64,000 nt of DNA, from assembly GCF_022539665.2 (NCBI RefSeq), contig NC_081333.1:5952001-6016000 (forward strand), in the 5' to 3' direction. Positions 1 through 13,620 of the stretch are shown piece after piece. The position numbers and the translations under genes were made by a program. Under the pieces are notes generated by a model, which made no database searches, was not told where the DNA came from, and saw nothing but the letters and a program-made list of their open reading frames with translations. The DNA comes from Daphnia carinata. Its lineage: Eukaryota. How positions within the stretch are numbered: position 1 is the first letter of the stretch; every line of letters starts with the position of its first letter.

Positions 1-261
1 CTTAATTCGAAGCGAACTCGCTCAAACTCTAGGACTACAGGAAGTCGGGAAAATCAATCTGAAGCTGCAAGCAGTGGGACACGTGCATCCAGAAAAAGAA
101 CGGAGCGTAAGAAAGTTGCGACTTCAAGGACTCATCCCACAAGCCGAAGAGATTGAATTAGAAGCGATCGAGCAGCCCGAAATCGGGAAGGTTGCTGGAT
201 CAAAAAAGACAGAATTCGTCAGCGAACTTTGGAGTCAAGGATACCAACTCACAGATGACAG

Positions 262-1101
262 CCCACACAACAATTGAAAGCCAAAAGTCATCGTAAGTCC
301 GTCCCACTAGGACAACCAGGACAGGACTGATATAGGCGCGAAAATAGATGTACAGTAGCCACGTTTGTTGTCTAGGAAATCACTATATCTGTTCTTGACG
401 TCTTAAGACCCACATTTGGCCAAATCCTGTGTTGCCAGTTTTGACATATATGTAATTCAAACGTAGAATGTTCAAAGTTTATTCTTTACAACTAAACTGG
501 TAAGCAAATTGATACTGTAAGTGTCACTAAAATGAGGGAGTTAGAAAAATATATTTTATTTTGCATAAAAATATTATCTCAAATAATTCATTTTCTTAAA
601 AAATTTACAAATCATACTTAAGTTTCAAAATCTAAAAAAAAATTGCCTAATTTGTTTAATAACTTTTGAAGGATCGATGGTCTAACTTATTTTCGACTTT
701 AATTTTTTGTTTGAAAATTGTTTTTTAGACCTGTTGTCGAAAAAAAAACTCGAATATTTTTCTATATTTCTATTGTATTGTTTGAAAATAATGATGTAGA
801 GAATAGTCCAGTGGAAAGAGCGTCCGACTGTGATGCGGGAGACCCGAGTTCGATACCAGCCATATTCACATCTTTTAAAATTACATTATTAAACGGTACA
901 AAAGTGGTCCAGTTCACCGCCTAAACTGGTTGTGGACGACTGGTTAAAGATGCACACGGGCTTCGTTTCTGCCGGACATCTAGATGTGCAGAAGGCAGCC
1001 AAAACACGACATTTAAGAATTTCGCCCCGTCTTATGGACGTCGTAGTGGTCCAGTGAGAACCAAAAATGGTCATTTAAAGGACATCAGTGTGCTGTGTGG
1101 G
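262..1101. mobile_element. Non-autonomous CMC/EnSpm-like TIR element inserted into the BEL protease region
   Basis: Termini CCCACACAAC... and ...GTGCTGTGTGGG flanked by 2-bp TSD AG (260-261, 1102-1103). Removing it restores the BEL frame (LTDDRILSGRAGPCQIDVLIG). Termini resemble those of the element at 24741-29218. Confidence 0.85.
797..868 (+). pseudogene. tRNA-Asp-like degenerate sequence (Pol III A/B boxes)
   Basis: A-box TAGTCCAGTGG (804-814), CTGTGATGCGGGAGACCCG resembling tRNA-Asp CTGTCACGCGGGAGACCGG, B-box AGTTCGATACC (847-857), TTTT at 873-876. The cloverleaf is imperfect. Confidence 0.6.
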
Positions 1102-4100
1102 AGAATTCTAAGCGGGAGAGCAGGACCATGCCAAATCGACGTCTTGATCGGAGCGAATCAAATCTGGAAGGTTCTCGGCTCGAAACAGATCGTCTCGAAA
1201 ACGGGTATTCGAGCGATAGAAAGCAAATTTGGATGGTTGTTACTTGGGCAAGATGAGACAGTGGCGATATCGTCTAACACGGCAATCGGCTTTCTCTTAA
1301 AAGCCAAACAAGGAACACCAGAAAATTTGGAAGAAAACACAGACCAGAAAACTGACGAAATAGATTTCGCCAGATGGTGGAAGCTGGAAAGCTTGGATCC
1401 ACTCGAAAAAATTCCACTATCTATACAGTGGAAATCCTATTCAGATTCCATTGTTCAAGATGAAGATGGACATTATGTAGCACCACTCCCATGGAATGAA
1501 AATAAAAATCGTCTAAGCAAGAATGAAGCCATGGCAGAAGGTCAGGCAAAGGCGCTGATAAGAAGATTGGACAGGGATAAGGAGATGAAGACTTCGTATG
1601 AAGCCGAATTCGCCAAATTAAAAGAGTTCAAATTCATTTCCAAAGCAGATACCTCATTTGGGGGTATCTACACTATCCTGCCTCATCATCCGGTTGTCAG
1701 AAGTGACAAAACAACCAGCAGAGTTAGGCCTGTTTTCAACGGTTCAGCGAAACCGAAAACAGGTTTCAGCGCAAACGACTGCCTAGAAGAAGGACCCAAT
1801 CTGAACCCGGACCTTCTCGACGTGATGTTGCTATTTAGGTTGAATCCAATCGTCTAGACAGCTGACATCAGACAAGCTTTTCTCATGGTGAAGCCACTTA
1901 AAGAAGACGCGGAAGCGTTAAGATTCTACTTAGAAGACGAAGACGTCCCAGGATCGCTGCAACTATACAAATGGAATAGACTTCCATTCGGACTAACATG
2001 TAGCCCGGCAGTACTAAGGACCGTCTTGAAGAAACACTTGGAGTCCTATGAAAGCGAATTGGCAGGAAGCAGTAGACAGATCCTACGCCACCTATATGTA
2101 GACGACTATTTGTCAAATGCGCCTACATTAGAAGAAGCAATGGCCGTAATCGGAACTGTACTGAAACTTTTTGCGGACGCAAAAATGGACCTAAAAAAAT
2201 GGGTGACGAACAATAGTGAGCTGCGTAGATATCTACAAAACCAAAATTTAACAGAAGACTCAGCCAATTCACACTCGTGTCTTAACCTAGATCCACAGAA
2301 AGTACTTGGTGTAAGATGGAATACCAGCACGGATTGCTTTTATTTCAAGTCTGACGTGATTGTAGACGCAGCTACAAAAGTTAAAATTTTAACGAAAAGA
2401 TCTTTCGCAAAAATTTCAACGAAACTGTTCGACCCACTTAGATTAATTGGACCCGTCACGCTACAATTCAAGCTTCTATTTCAAGAATTGTGGCAAATCA
2501 AAATTGGATGGGACGATGAAGTGCCCAAAGAGACGGAGATCCAGTTCAAACCAATAGTCGAAGATCTCAGAATAATTGAAAAGATACAAGTGCCAAGAAT
2601 GATTTCTTTGCCACCGAACAAGCACACGCAAGAGTTGCACATATTTTGCGACGCTTCAACAAAAGCATATGGTGCAGTGGCTTACGCGAAATCGCATTAT
2701 CCAAATTTGATCCGCCTAATTTGTTGCAAGACAAGAGCAGCGCCACTTCCGAAGAATGAAGTATCGCTACCGTGACTAGAATTGCTTAGTGCCGAGCTCG
2801 GTAGTGTATTAGCTGAAAGAATTGTCAATGCAATTGACAAGGTCCAATGGAAAGTACATCTTTGAACAGACTCAATGGCAACTTTAGGGTGGATAAAAGG
2901 TGAGCCAACCCGTTGGAAACTGTTTGTCAGAAACAGAGTTGAGGCAATTAGAAGAAGGTCCAACCCAGAGCAATGGAAACACTGCCCTGGGAAAGACAAT
3001 CCAGCAGACTACGCATCAAGAGGAACTACAGTAAAAAAATTGATTGCGGCTACTTTTTGGTGGGGAGGTCCGTCCTGACTGACTTATGACGAAAAAGAAT
3101 GGCCGCAACATGGAAATCTGACATCAGAAGAAATGCAGTCGATGGAGAATGAGGCAAGATCCAAGAAAAGAATCGAAAGTCTTGCAGTTAGCAGCACCCT
3201 GAATTGATTTGATGCATTGGCATCTCAAGCAAGCAGTTATCTCCTACGAACAATTGCCTGGATGTTTAGGCTTTTTAGGAAGAATTCTCTCGGTAAAGCA
3301 AAGGAATTGGTCAGAGGAAAGGAGATACCATGTCTCTCTGTCCACGAAATCGCCACCGCCGAAAGCTTTATCTTGAAGTCTATCCAGAAAAGGGCATTTC
3401 CAGAACTGTACGAATCCCTTCAGGATGGAAAACCGCCTGGCAAACTGCTATGCAATCTAGAAACCTTAAGACCTATTTGGGATGCACAAGACAAACTGAT
3501 TCGAGTGACTGGACGAGTAGGTCCAGCCTTAAAGGAACTGCTGATCGACCCGCCGATTTTTCTCCCAGCAAGCGAGAAGATTGTGGACATGATTATCCAA
3601 TATCATCATGTTAAAAGGAAACATGCCGGTGTCCAAAACACTTTGACGTTTTTACGAAATCGTTTTTGGATAATTCGTGCCCGCCAACGGATAAAAAGTG
3701 TCATGAAACAGTGCGTGAAGTGTCAAAGAGTGCAATCGCGTCCCTTCAATGAAGAAACAGCTTCAATGCCCTTGGATCGTACCAAGAGAGCACAACCCTT
3801 TGAAGTTATCGGGATTGACTACTTCGGACCAATGTATGTCTCCTAATTGAAAAAGACAGTGAAGGGAACGATGTCGAGAAAACTCGTGTAGGAGAAAAAA
3901 AAGGTGCACGCGTGTTTGTTTACTTGTGCCGTCACAAGAGCCGTGCATTTGGAGCTCGTGACTGATTTAACTGCCCAAACGTTTATGCACGCGTTAAGAA
4001 GAATGATGTCGCGTAGAGAAGATTGCAAAATTATCTACAGTGACAACACGTCAACATTTACATGTGCGGCAAAACTGATATCAGAAGACCCTACCCTAGC

Positions 4101-4857
4101 CAACTGGTTGTCAAGCAAGGGTATTACATGGAAGTTCTCCCCCAGTCTAGCCCCATGGTGGGGCGGGTTCTGGGAGAGAATGGTGCGCTCCGTTAAAGAA
4201 CCGTTAAGGAAAGTGTTGGGGAAAATGAAAGTGAGCTACGACCAGCTTCATACCATTTTGGTCGAAATCGAAGCTATCGTGAACTCACGGCCTCTCACTT
4301 ATGTGTCTGGAGACGCACAATCATTTGAAGTTTTATCTCCGCAAAAGCTGCTGACTGGAAGGCAACCTGGTGCCACAACAGAGTTACCCGACTCTACAAA
4401 AAATGAGCCGAGACGAGCTTATCGAATTGGATAAGAAAAGAAGCGAGCACGCACTAACATGGTGGAGGCTTTGGCAAGACTCGTACCTGTCTGACCTTAA
4501 GCGATTTTACTGTCGCAGGGGCAAGGGTACGAGAATTCCACGTGTTGGCGAAGTCGTCTTATTAAAAGAGCCGAACATCAAGCGAGTTTCATGGCCGACG
4601 GCCATTGTTACTGAACTTGTCCCTGGCTACGACGACAAGGTGAGAGCTGTTACCCTACGGCTACGATCGGGAAAGGAAACCACCCGAGGCATCCAGACTG
4701 TCTATCCTCTAGAAGTAGAAGCCGATATCGACACACTAGTCGACGACGCTGAAGCCGGCGAAAAGGAGAAAACTACTTCGAAGAAGAAAAAGAAGAATCC
4801 GCTCCGTAAGAAGAAATCGGAATCGCACGAGGGAGTTGGCGATTCCGGCGGGGAGGA

Positions 4858-5129
4858 TGTTGCGGATTCCCAAAACGAAGACAACTACGGGGTTTTCAGA
4901 TTTGGAAGACCCGTCAGAAGACCTGCTATTTTTGATATTTAATAATATTATTTCTATGATTATTTCTGCATGCCACTAGAGGCACTGTTTCGCAGAGCCT
5001 TCTTAGTGGCCGATATCGGCAATGGCCGACTCTTCTGAATTTCCCATATGCCCCAAGCAGACGTCTCTATTATAAGTCAGTTCAAATAAAGTGTCAGTGA
5101 AACAGCTATCAAGTGTCTTTCTCCCTACA
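4858..5129 (+). repeat. 3' LTR of BEL element
   Basis: Polypurine tract GGCGGGGAGGA directly before TGTTGCGG; TATA-like TATTATAA ~5068; AATAAA 5085-5090; ends ...CCCTACA. Confidence 0.75.
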
Positions 5130-5478
5130 AACGTGTTTACTAAGGTATTAAGTTGTAATTTGAGTTTAATTTAACTTCCCCTTAGTTTAGAATTCGTTAC
5201 AATATCTTAGTCGGGACATTAGACGGCTAAGGTTAGAAATACTTACGATCGTTATTTAATTATATCTGCAAATTATGGGTATGCTACTTAACTTTACTTC
5301 ACGCCACTTAATGCTTTTGCTCATTTTTTTTATTGTGTTGCTACTGAACTGTCTTACTAGTTTATTTTTTTCTTCTTTTTCTTCTTTGTAGGTTTTGACA
5401 GGTGGCTTTGCCTGGCAATTTTACAGTTTCAGCAGGCCGTTTTAATGCTTTTGTTATTTCTTAAGTTCTTTGCTTTGA

Positions 5479-8400
5479 TCAACGAATTTTTAAACCGTTC
5501 TTCAGGACGCTTGAAAGCTTTTGCTTTTTCTTATCACTCGTTTGGTAAATGGTTGGATGGATTAAAACATGCAAGGTAAGTTTATTTATAGTTATAAGCA
5601 GCACATTCGTATAATTATTGCATTTTTTTTTTAGAACAATCATCTTATCGGGATTCGTGGTCACGATCCCAAAACCATCAATCGGCTCATTAGTCGGCGC
5701 TTGTTCACCAAGCATAATCGTAAGAATTCAAGCGTTATGTATTACATTACATTATGTTAAAATACACAAGTCAATTGAGATTATGTTAGTTTATTTTTAA
5801 GGTATGTCAATTTGTAAACATTCGTCATATAAAATACATGTAACAAACAAACAAACGTTAATTCAATTATAGACACATCAAATTACCAGGTTTTATTTCG
5901 TATAAATTTAGAAAACATACCTCATTATCTTGATAGCGCGCTCAAAGCTGGAACAGTACGGAATTCTTAGTTGGGCCCTTTTTTTCCGGGGAGCCCTTAT
6001 TTTGTCACGGCAGAGTAGCGTTCTAGTAAGGGATTCTTCTTCGGCCAGTTTCCGCAATACCATTGTAATCTTGTAGAATTTTAAATTAGATCCGCCTGCC
6101 AACTGCAAAAATTTTGGTTATTAATTATTCATTACATATTATTGTGCAAATTTAAATTACCTTCTTCTATTGGTGGTGCATTCCTTCACAGTCGTTATTG
6201 GTACACGTTAAGATGTTGAAGCATGATCAGTTCTCCGGAGTCCAGAATATGCCACTAATCCAATTCCGCTCCATATATTCCATGAGTGCTGGAAGTTCGC
6301 TAGGCACCGAGCTCTTCAACGCATCCAACACGCTAGGAATTTTACCAGCTACAAAAAATTAAGTTCACAAATGTTATTTATGGCCATTAAATTCAACATT
6401 TGTGTGCTATTTACCAGGAAGATGTACAAGGCATAGCAGGCGAAACACAAAGTCTCGCACTGTATTCGGTCCCTTGTTGTTGTAGAGGTTGGCAAGGTGA
6501 AGATCCCGGATCATTTTCAGAACGGCATGGCACCAGTGGAAATTGCAGCCAAAGTGCTGACAATCCAGAAAGTGCATGCGGACAGCCGTAAATATAGCAA
6601 CTTCGAAATCGGTCCCGATCCGCTGGACTCTAGGAAGGGATATAATATCCTATAGCAATATTGAATTTATTATTTTTACATTACAAGCTATTTGTAGATG
6701 AGAAAGTATAAATACATCTATCTTCTCGATGACAGCGCTATAGTCGGCTGCTCTTCTCCTGGTCATGCAACAAAACAGTAAACGTACTTCTCTTATTTCA
6801 TTCTTGTCGTTCTTGATGAACCCATTGATCGTGAAGAGCTATACAGAGATAAATAGGTTATAGTTAACTTTGATTACATTATCCAGATAATTAAACGCAT
6901 CTGTTTGATGGGTTCATCAACAAAATAGAATGTTGCGTCCATAAATCTATTTTTGCAGTATTCCAGTAGGCGCTTCATGGTAGGGATGAAGAACAGAAGG
7001 TACCGGGTACGGTCTTGGGCCGTTCCAGCGAAGATGGCGCCCTGATACCAGTCGGGTAGGAAAAAATTCTCCACTACAGGAATAAAAGGGTCATCTTTCC
7101 TGGGATTAGCGAGCACAACCTTCGCTCTTTTGTAACTGGAATAGAAACTTTAACCATTAACCATAATCCTGATATAATTTATTTATTTAATGTACCGTAA
7201 ACGACCAGTGGCCAAATCAACACCCGGCATGTGTCTTCCTTCTATGGACTTGCGTTTCTTCACTTCGGCAAATAAAATCCCCATGGGGTCCGTAAACTGT
7301 TGATCGACGCAGGCTTTCTTTGATTCTCTAAAGATGTCAACCTAAAAAGTATAAATATTCCTAATTACACATTTAGAAACTCAAATAACTTTTTTTCTAA
7401 AAACACTTAATCTTTCTGGTTTCCTATGTCTGGTGGGTGATTGTGGGTGTTCTCTTGGTCGTGGAGAACAAGGGTGAAGTCAGCATTATCGTAATTGAGC
7501 AAACTGTCCAAAAGGGGGGTTTTCTTTTGTTTCATGATAGCTTTACATGGGTTTCCAGAAGGTCGGGTGGTACAGCGCCATGTATATGTGCTCTTACTGG
7601 TGGCTTATTTGCTGAAGAAAAATCCTATAGTAAGAAAGGAAACCCTCTTTTAGTCTTATTCAATTAGCACTTACATTCGAATTATTACCTAATCCATCAG
7701 TAAGCTTATGGAGTCCCTTGTTCGTTCCTTCTTCATGAAGGATGGCTCCGTCGGTTCCTCATGCGAGGATTGCTACCAAAAACGTTTAGTTAATAAAATA
7801 CTAAGACAAGTTGCGATAAAGAAGAAATATATACCTCCATTGTCGATTCGTTGGGTTCGGCAAATGTTTCTTTTGTTCTTCCATCGCTTTCATATGATCT
7901 CGGGATTGCAGATTCTGGAGACAGGTCTGGTAGGATGTTGCAGATCGGTTGAGGCTGAGGTTGGGCCCTACGTCTTCGTCGTGGTGGTGGAACTGGAGGA
8001 GTTGCCTTAAGAAAAGGAGACAACTTAGAAAGAACAGGAGACACAACAAGACTCACCAAGGATGACATTGTCAACGGAGAAAGTGGGGAGGGTGGAAAAG
8101 ACGGAGCTGCTGAACCACGCGGAGAATGAATCTGACGAGAAGTGCGAGGAGTTGAGCGCTGTCGTGGTGATGAGGGACGACATGGACAAGCTGGAACTAG
8201 AGGTTTTTTTGCCTACGTATGAAGGGTCGAAAATTCTCCTGGGCTTCAGCAATCATTTAGGACGCCCTCCTTCAGAGCCAGCAACAGCAATAACAGCTAC
8301 ATCGCCATTGGATCCTCCAGATACTGCACCATCAACATCCGCTACCTCTTCGGTGGAACCTTGGACTGCACTACCACCAGAACACATGGCGCACCGATAA

Positions 8401-8850
8401 AAGTTACTGAACTACTTACTACATGGAGGCGATACACCCTTATGGAAGTTAACACACAACGAAAACGATGGACAGGAACATGGCACCTAAGGCAAATGCA
8501 GAATTGCTTCCGGTCGATAACGCTGGATTTGCATCCCGAAGATTGAAAGAGAGCTGAAGACCTGGTAATGGTGCTAGTGCTAGAGCGAAGTCTAAGACAA
8601 ATTATTAAAGTCGTATGGTATTATTGTATCCCTCTATATAGTCAGTCAGACTTGAGGAACGTAAAAGGGGAGGAGCCAAACTTTATTACACCTCTCGGCA
8701 AATAGGAATGAAGCACTTCTTGCTGTAGCGGTGAATGTAGATTACCTGGAGTTATGTAAAGCTTTTCTTTCAATTCGCCGCAGGCAATCGTCATCAGCTT
8801 CCGGGATACAAGGTCTTTTGTGTTAACCATTAAATGTGTTGCATCCATAA
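5479..8850 (-). pseudogene. MULE transposase with FLYWCH-like zinc finger, multi-exon, disrupted (boundaries approximate)
   Basis: WRCTTRPSGNPC...THNH (~7440-7590); RFMDATF (~6930-6950); IGTDFEVAI and HFGCNFHWCHA (~6525-6620); TNNDCEG (~6185-6200). Premature stops (e.g. ~6226). Confidence 0.85.
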
Positions 8851-9140
8851 GTCTTAAGCTGGTTAATCCGACGATCTCTGACCTTCCTACGTCTTTTCTT
8901 TCGATTCGCCGAAAGCAACCATCTTTAACCTCTTCGTCTTAAGCACCCATAAGTCTTAATCTGCTAAAGCCGATGATCTTCTACTTCTGCAAATCTCTTC
9001 TTTCTATTCGCCGCCGGCAACCATCTTCAACTTCCTCGGCTTTAGCACCCATAAATCCTCTACATCAATTTTATTTCAATGTCATTACAAATATTAACTT
9101 AATGCTTTGGCGAAATACGTCACTTGATGAGTAATGCTAT

Positions 9141-10110
9141 GTCATCCACTTCTGTGGTGGAATCCTCCTCTTGGTAAAGAAGTTGAGGAATAGTTAAAAT
9201 GTTACAAATAATTTCTTCATTACCCTTCTACCATCTTTTACCAGCTTCTCTCTCATCTAAGCTCTTGTATCTCAACAGTTTCTCTTACTCTTGGTGAAGA
9301 ACTTGCTTTCATACAGATGAAGATACATTAACATTCTTCTACTATTCATAGTTAACTTAACCGTAAATGTTATCAAAAATCTCAGACGAAATGTAACCAC
9401 AGAGAACCGAAGACAGGACTACTCGTGTCACAGCTTAGAGCGTTACCGATATGGTAAGACTTACTTTGTATTCGTTCTGATAGTTGTATAATGGTATCGT
9501 TATCTAAAAGTGGGCGTAGATAATTTGTATCTAGCAGAACTAGATAATCGCCAGCACTACTTAATACTGACTGGTTGTCAATTCAGAAGTACCATTATTT
9601 ACCATTTCAGTAGTCTTTCCCTAAACACCAGTGATTAGTTTCTTCCAAAAAATCCTTTTATAGAATAATTTTCATTATTGAAGCATTTTTTTACACGAAT
9701 ATAGTTTAGATATTATTGGAAGTTTTTTAAATAAGTTTCGAACAATAATTGCAAATTATTTCAGTCATCCACTTCTGTGGTAGAATCCTCCTCTCGGTAA
9801 AGAAGTTGAGGAATAGTTAAAATGCTAAGTTACAAATAATTTGTTTTTCCCCCATCTACCATCTTCTACCAGCTCCTCTCTCATCCTTTCTCTTGTATCT
9901 CAACAGTTCTTCTTGCTCCTGGTGAGGAACTTGCTTTCACATCGGTGAAGATTCATTAACATTCTTCTACTTTTCATAGTTAATTAACCGCAAATGTGTT
10001 CAAAAACCTCAGACGAGATATCACCAAATAGAGCCGAACACAGGAATACTCGCTTCACAGCTTAGGGCGTTACTGATTTGGTTATGACTTGATGTGCATT
10101 CTTTGTTAGT
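9141..10110. repeat. Diverged direct duplication (~340 bp) in the MULE 5' region
   Basis: GTCATCCACTTCTGTGGT(G/A)GAATCCTCC...CACAGCTTAG(A/G)GCGTTAC starts at ~9141 and again at ~9765. Confidence 0.85.
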
Positions 10111-11824
10111 TGTATAAGCAAGTACAACATGAATGCAACTGGAAAAGTTGGTTATGCCCAAATATAATGCGAAAAAAGTAGTAAATATTTCTGGTTCTGC
10201 CCTAATAATATTTTATTAAATGTACTATATTCGATATAAAACATTGCATGGTCCCCTGCAATTTAAATTAAAAGAGGATAACAGATAAATATTTTCATAT
10301 AAGTAATGAGTTAACACCAACGAATTTTTAAAAAAGGAAATGGATATAGCCCGACGCTCTTACGCAATAAGTTGCCTACCGGATTGGAGGCTCATCGTTC
10401 CTACTGGAACAAAGAAAAATGAAATAGGATTATTTCTAAGGAGAAATAGGACTAAAGCCGAGGAGAAATAGGACTGATGCCATGGAGAAATAGGACTGTC
10501 CTAAAAGTTATTAAAAGTCAATCCTATTTCTCCCAGTCCTATTTCTCCAGTCCTATTTCGTTTCAGTCCTATTTCACCGCCAATCCGGAAGAAAAATTGC
10601 TTTTGGGGGCAAGTTGTACAAATGATATGTGTGATATTGGGCACGAAATTTAGCGTGCAAGGGAAGGGTGAAGTCAAACTGCGAAAATGTTTCAATATAA
10701 CAGAACATTTATGATACAGCTAATACTTTTATTTACATTTCTTATCTTATATAAAAAAATTATTTTGGAAAACGAAAGTAATAACTTTCTGTGTTATTTC
10801 ACTGTAAATTGAATGTTTTTCCATAACTTATGACAATTTCAAACTTTGTGAGCTTTCAACTTTGTGAGCTGACGCAGCCATTACATTACAAATAAAAAAT
10901 CTGGGAGGTCGACTGAAAAACTAAAATAACCAAATTATCGATACTGTGTTGGCTCCACCTCCTTCAATGCCTTCTCCATCCGTAAAATGAAAATATGTCA
11001 GGGATTAAATTGTTTCATTTCAGGTAATATCTTATGAAGGCTTCATTTAATTGTTCGCTAAGTGAACAGCAAAAAGTAGAAATAAAAATAAAATTTTAAT
11101 ACAACTCATTCTACTTCTTTTAATCCCCGTTCAAACGGGGACAGGGGTCCGTCCAAAGTCATCGCGATTCGGTCTTAGTCTTTTAAACTCTCATAACAAC
11201 TTTGGAAAAATTCAGGAATTAACGAAAATTTTCTAAATTCATTTTCGAACATGTTTGCGAAATTTTGCGTAGTGAGATGGCAGATAATGGGGTTAGACCG
11301 AAATCTTCCAAGATAGGTCTGGTCTCCTCTAGTTCCATGTCAAAACGCATTCCATATGGGTGCCGTCGGTTTTCCCATATAGGACTGTCGGATGTGAAGG
11401 CCATCTCTTGCTCGCCTGACCATAGTTCTATCATTTGTTTTCATAAATTTTTTTTTTCACAATACTATTTATTCTTTTTTCATTTTCCAGGCTATAGCAT
11501 ATTACTAAGGAACGTTGCTTTCGTAGAAATAATCGTAAATTATTACTATTATTACATCTGTATTTCCCGCTTCAATGCATTAAATTTAACCAGGAATTAT
11601 TAAATATAATCTTTACAATTACATCGCGGCTTTCCTTATATTAGGTGAAATTCAATAATTATCTTATCATCGTTTCAAATTAAAAACTATGCCCAAACGA
11701 AAGGCTCAAAAATCGATGCAGTTACAACGAGTTTTCCTTCTAATTGGCGTTTGTGTAAGCATCCGGATTCAAACCAATGCCAGAAAAAAAACCGTTTCAA
11801 AATTCCATTACACTGCTCTGTACC

Positions 11825-12256
11825 CAGACTTGCCGCTCCGTTAAATTTTTTTTATTAATCGACAATTCGATCAAACGATCGATCATCCGGAGTTTGATCG
11901 GATCGCCGATCGAATTTTGCCGATGATTTCCTCCGATAAGTTTTAGACGACATCTCGTGTGCAAAAATTCACATTCTTTAATGCATTTCGCATATTATAA
12001 ATAAGAATGAGTACTAACGAGTATCTGGCAATTCTCGTTTGACGGCAAAAATTATAAAGTAATAAAACTATAAAGTATAATAAAATTATCAGACAACCAA
12101 AATCGGCCGCTAGATGGCGAAATGATTGACCACTAAAAATGATCGGATCGCGACCTATATTTCTTTTATCGCCTTTCCGATCGCTAACAATGTCAAATGA
12201 TCGTATCGGAGATCAATTTTTTTATCTTGATAAGGATCGTGAAGGCAGCAAGTCTA
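11825..12256. mobile_element. hAT-type MITE
   Basis: TIRs CAGACTTGCCGC / GCAGCAAGTCTA; 8-bp TSD TCTGTACC/TCTGTAGC (7/8 match); GATCG subterminal repeats. Confidence 0.75.
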
Positions 12257-12691
12257 TCTGTAGCCTTCCCCAGTTCTCCTACATCTACATGTGTTACATT
12301 GCATTTTTACCTACGTCAGTTAACCGTCATTTTTTGGTTTGTAAATGACAATTTTACAAAAATGAGTAGCATTTGTGGAGAGCTCTTCCTTTCTGCAAAA
12401 TTTGTTTTTTGGGGGAGGCCTTACAGTTTTCCCTACATAATTTACGTATTTTTCGTCTATTACTGGGAGGAGGGGAAAACAACGAAAAATTACAAACTTG
12501 GTCCCTTCGTTTCGGCATTGTTTTTAGTTTTAAAATAATAAAAAGATCATCGTAAGATTTTTTTTTAAGATCAGGAACATTACATTATATTTTAAAAATG
12601 GAATATAGTTATTTGTAAGAATACGTAAAGTATTGCATCATGCATAAAATCCCGGGAGGTACTTCCGCGATAGTAGTGATATACTGATATC

Positions 12692-13042
12692 CAGACTTGC
12701 CGTCCGATTATTTCTTGGGTAATTATCGGTCAGAGTCGATAATCGGAAAAAAAATAATCGGCGATCATTCGTCTGTTTAATTATTATATATATATATATT
12801 TATTTATTTAATTAAATAATTTAATTTTCGATTAAATTTCTTACCGATTATTTTTATACGCCGTCTAGCAGTAAAGAAATAACTTGCCGTTGTTTATATT
12901 GACACAAATTATCAGAAAAGCGTCTGCTAAAAAAGTGACTCAGCTATGAGTATACTTTCATATATTCTCATCTACCGTTCATAGATGTCGCTGAATAATC
13001 GGAAAAATAATCGCAATCGCAATCGCGATTATGGCAGGTCTG
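12692..13042. mobile_element. hAT-type MITE (same family as 51264-51705)
   Basis: TIRs CAGACTTGCCGT / ATGGCAGGTCTG; AATCG/CGATT repeats; colinear with the copy at 51264. TSD not clear. Confidence 0.75.
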
Positions 13043-13620
13043 CTTGTTCCCATGGCCATCCTTTTGTTGTTTGTTACATGTAGCTTCATTTCTATTCATG
13101 CAACACAAAGTTTTTGTCTTCATGAAATGTTTCTTTTTGATAATTTATTTTTATAAGATATGATTTCACTTAGTAACTCTAACTAATTCACTCACTCACT
13201 AACTAACTTCAGTTCCCTCACGTCGTAAAACGATTTTCTCCCGTTAACAAGTCTACGACTTGTACGGCGCGCTCCACTCTCGGTTGCTTCTAAGCTGTTT
13301 TGCTGAGCTGTGACCAAATACAACTCTTAAACGTCGTTCTAAATTCATCCTTCCATTATCACAAAGTTAACCCTACGTTTCACTATAGAAAATGCTAGGC
13401 CCTAACCTCCTATAAGTTAAAAACGCGATTAAAGTTTTCAGGCCGCTTTTCAATGTTTTAATGAACTCTTGATTCCCACAATTTGGCTGTATAGAATATA
13501 AAAAAAAACTTTAGTGTGATTCCACGAATATCAATGTTATTCTCAACACAAGAAACGTTACCTACAACTGAAAAAGAATGCAAACTTCAGCGGTTTTTCA
13601 AAGACAATTGTTGAACAATT

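Larger units (their letters stand above)
1..5129 (+). mobile_element. BEL/Pao LTR retrotransposon (5' part outside window; pol with stops/frameshifts; 3' LTR present)
   Basis: Ordered BEL motifs: IDVLIGA (protease region), LPHHPV...RPVFNGS, LPFGLTCSP/LYVDD (RT), LHIFCDAS (RNase H), GIDYFGP...TCAVTRAVHLE...SDN...PWWGGFWER (integrase). Several in-frame stops (1855-1857, 2773-2775, 3076-3078, 3844-3846). Confidence 0.95.
5130..10585 (-). mobile_element. MULE (Mutator-like) transposon, far end displaced by the BEL insertion
   Basis: Terminus GATTGGCGGTGAAATAGGACTG (reverse complement ends at 10585) with tandem GGAGAAATAGGACT subterminal repeats; internal MULE transposase remnant. Confidence 0.8.

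Noticed and set aside
797..868. Functional tRNA-His(GTG) or tRNA-Asp gene
   Set aside because: Acceptor and anticodon stems pair poorly; treated as tRNA-derived.
280..1135. GCCAAA as the TSD of the insertion in BEL
   Set aside because: The 262-1101 boundaries give matching TIRs, an AG TSD and in-frame restoration; the GCCAAA model needs a frameshift.
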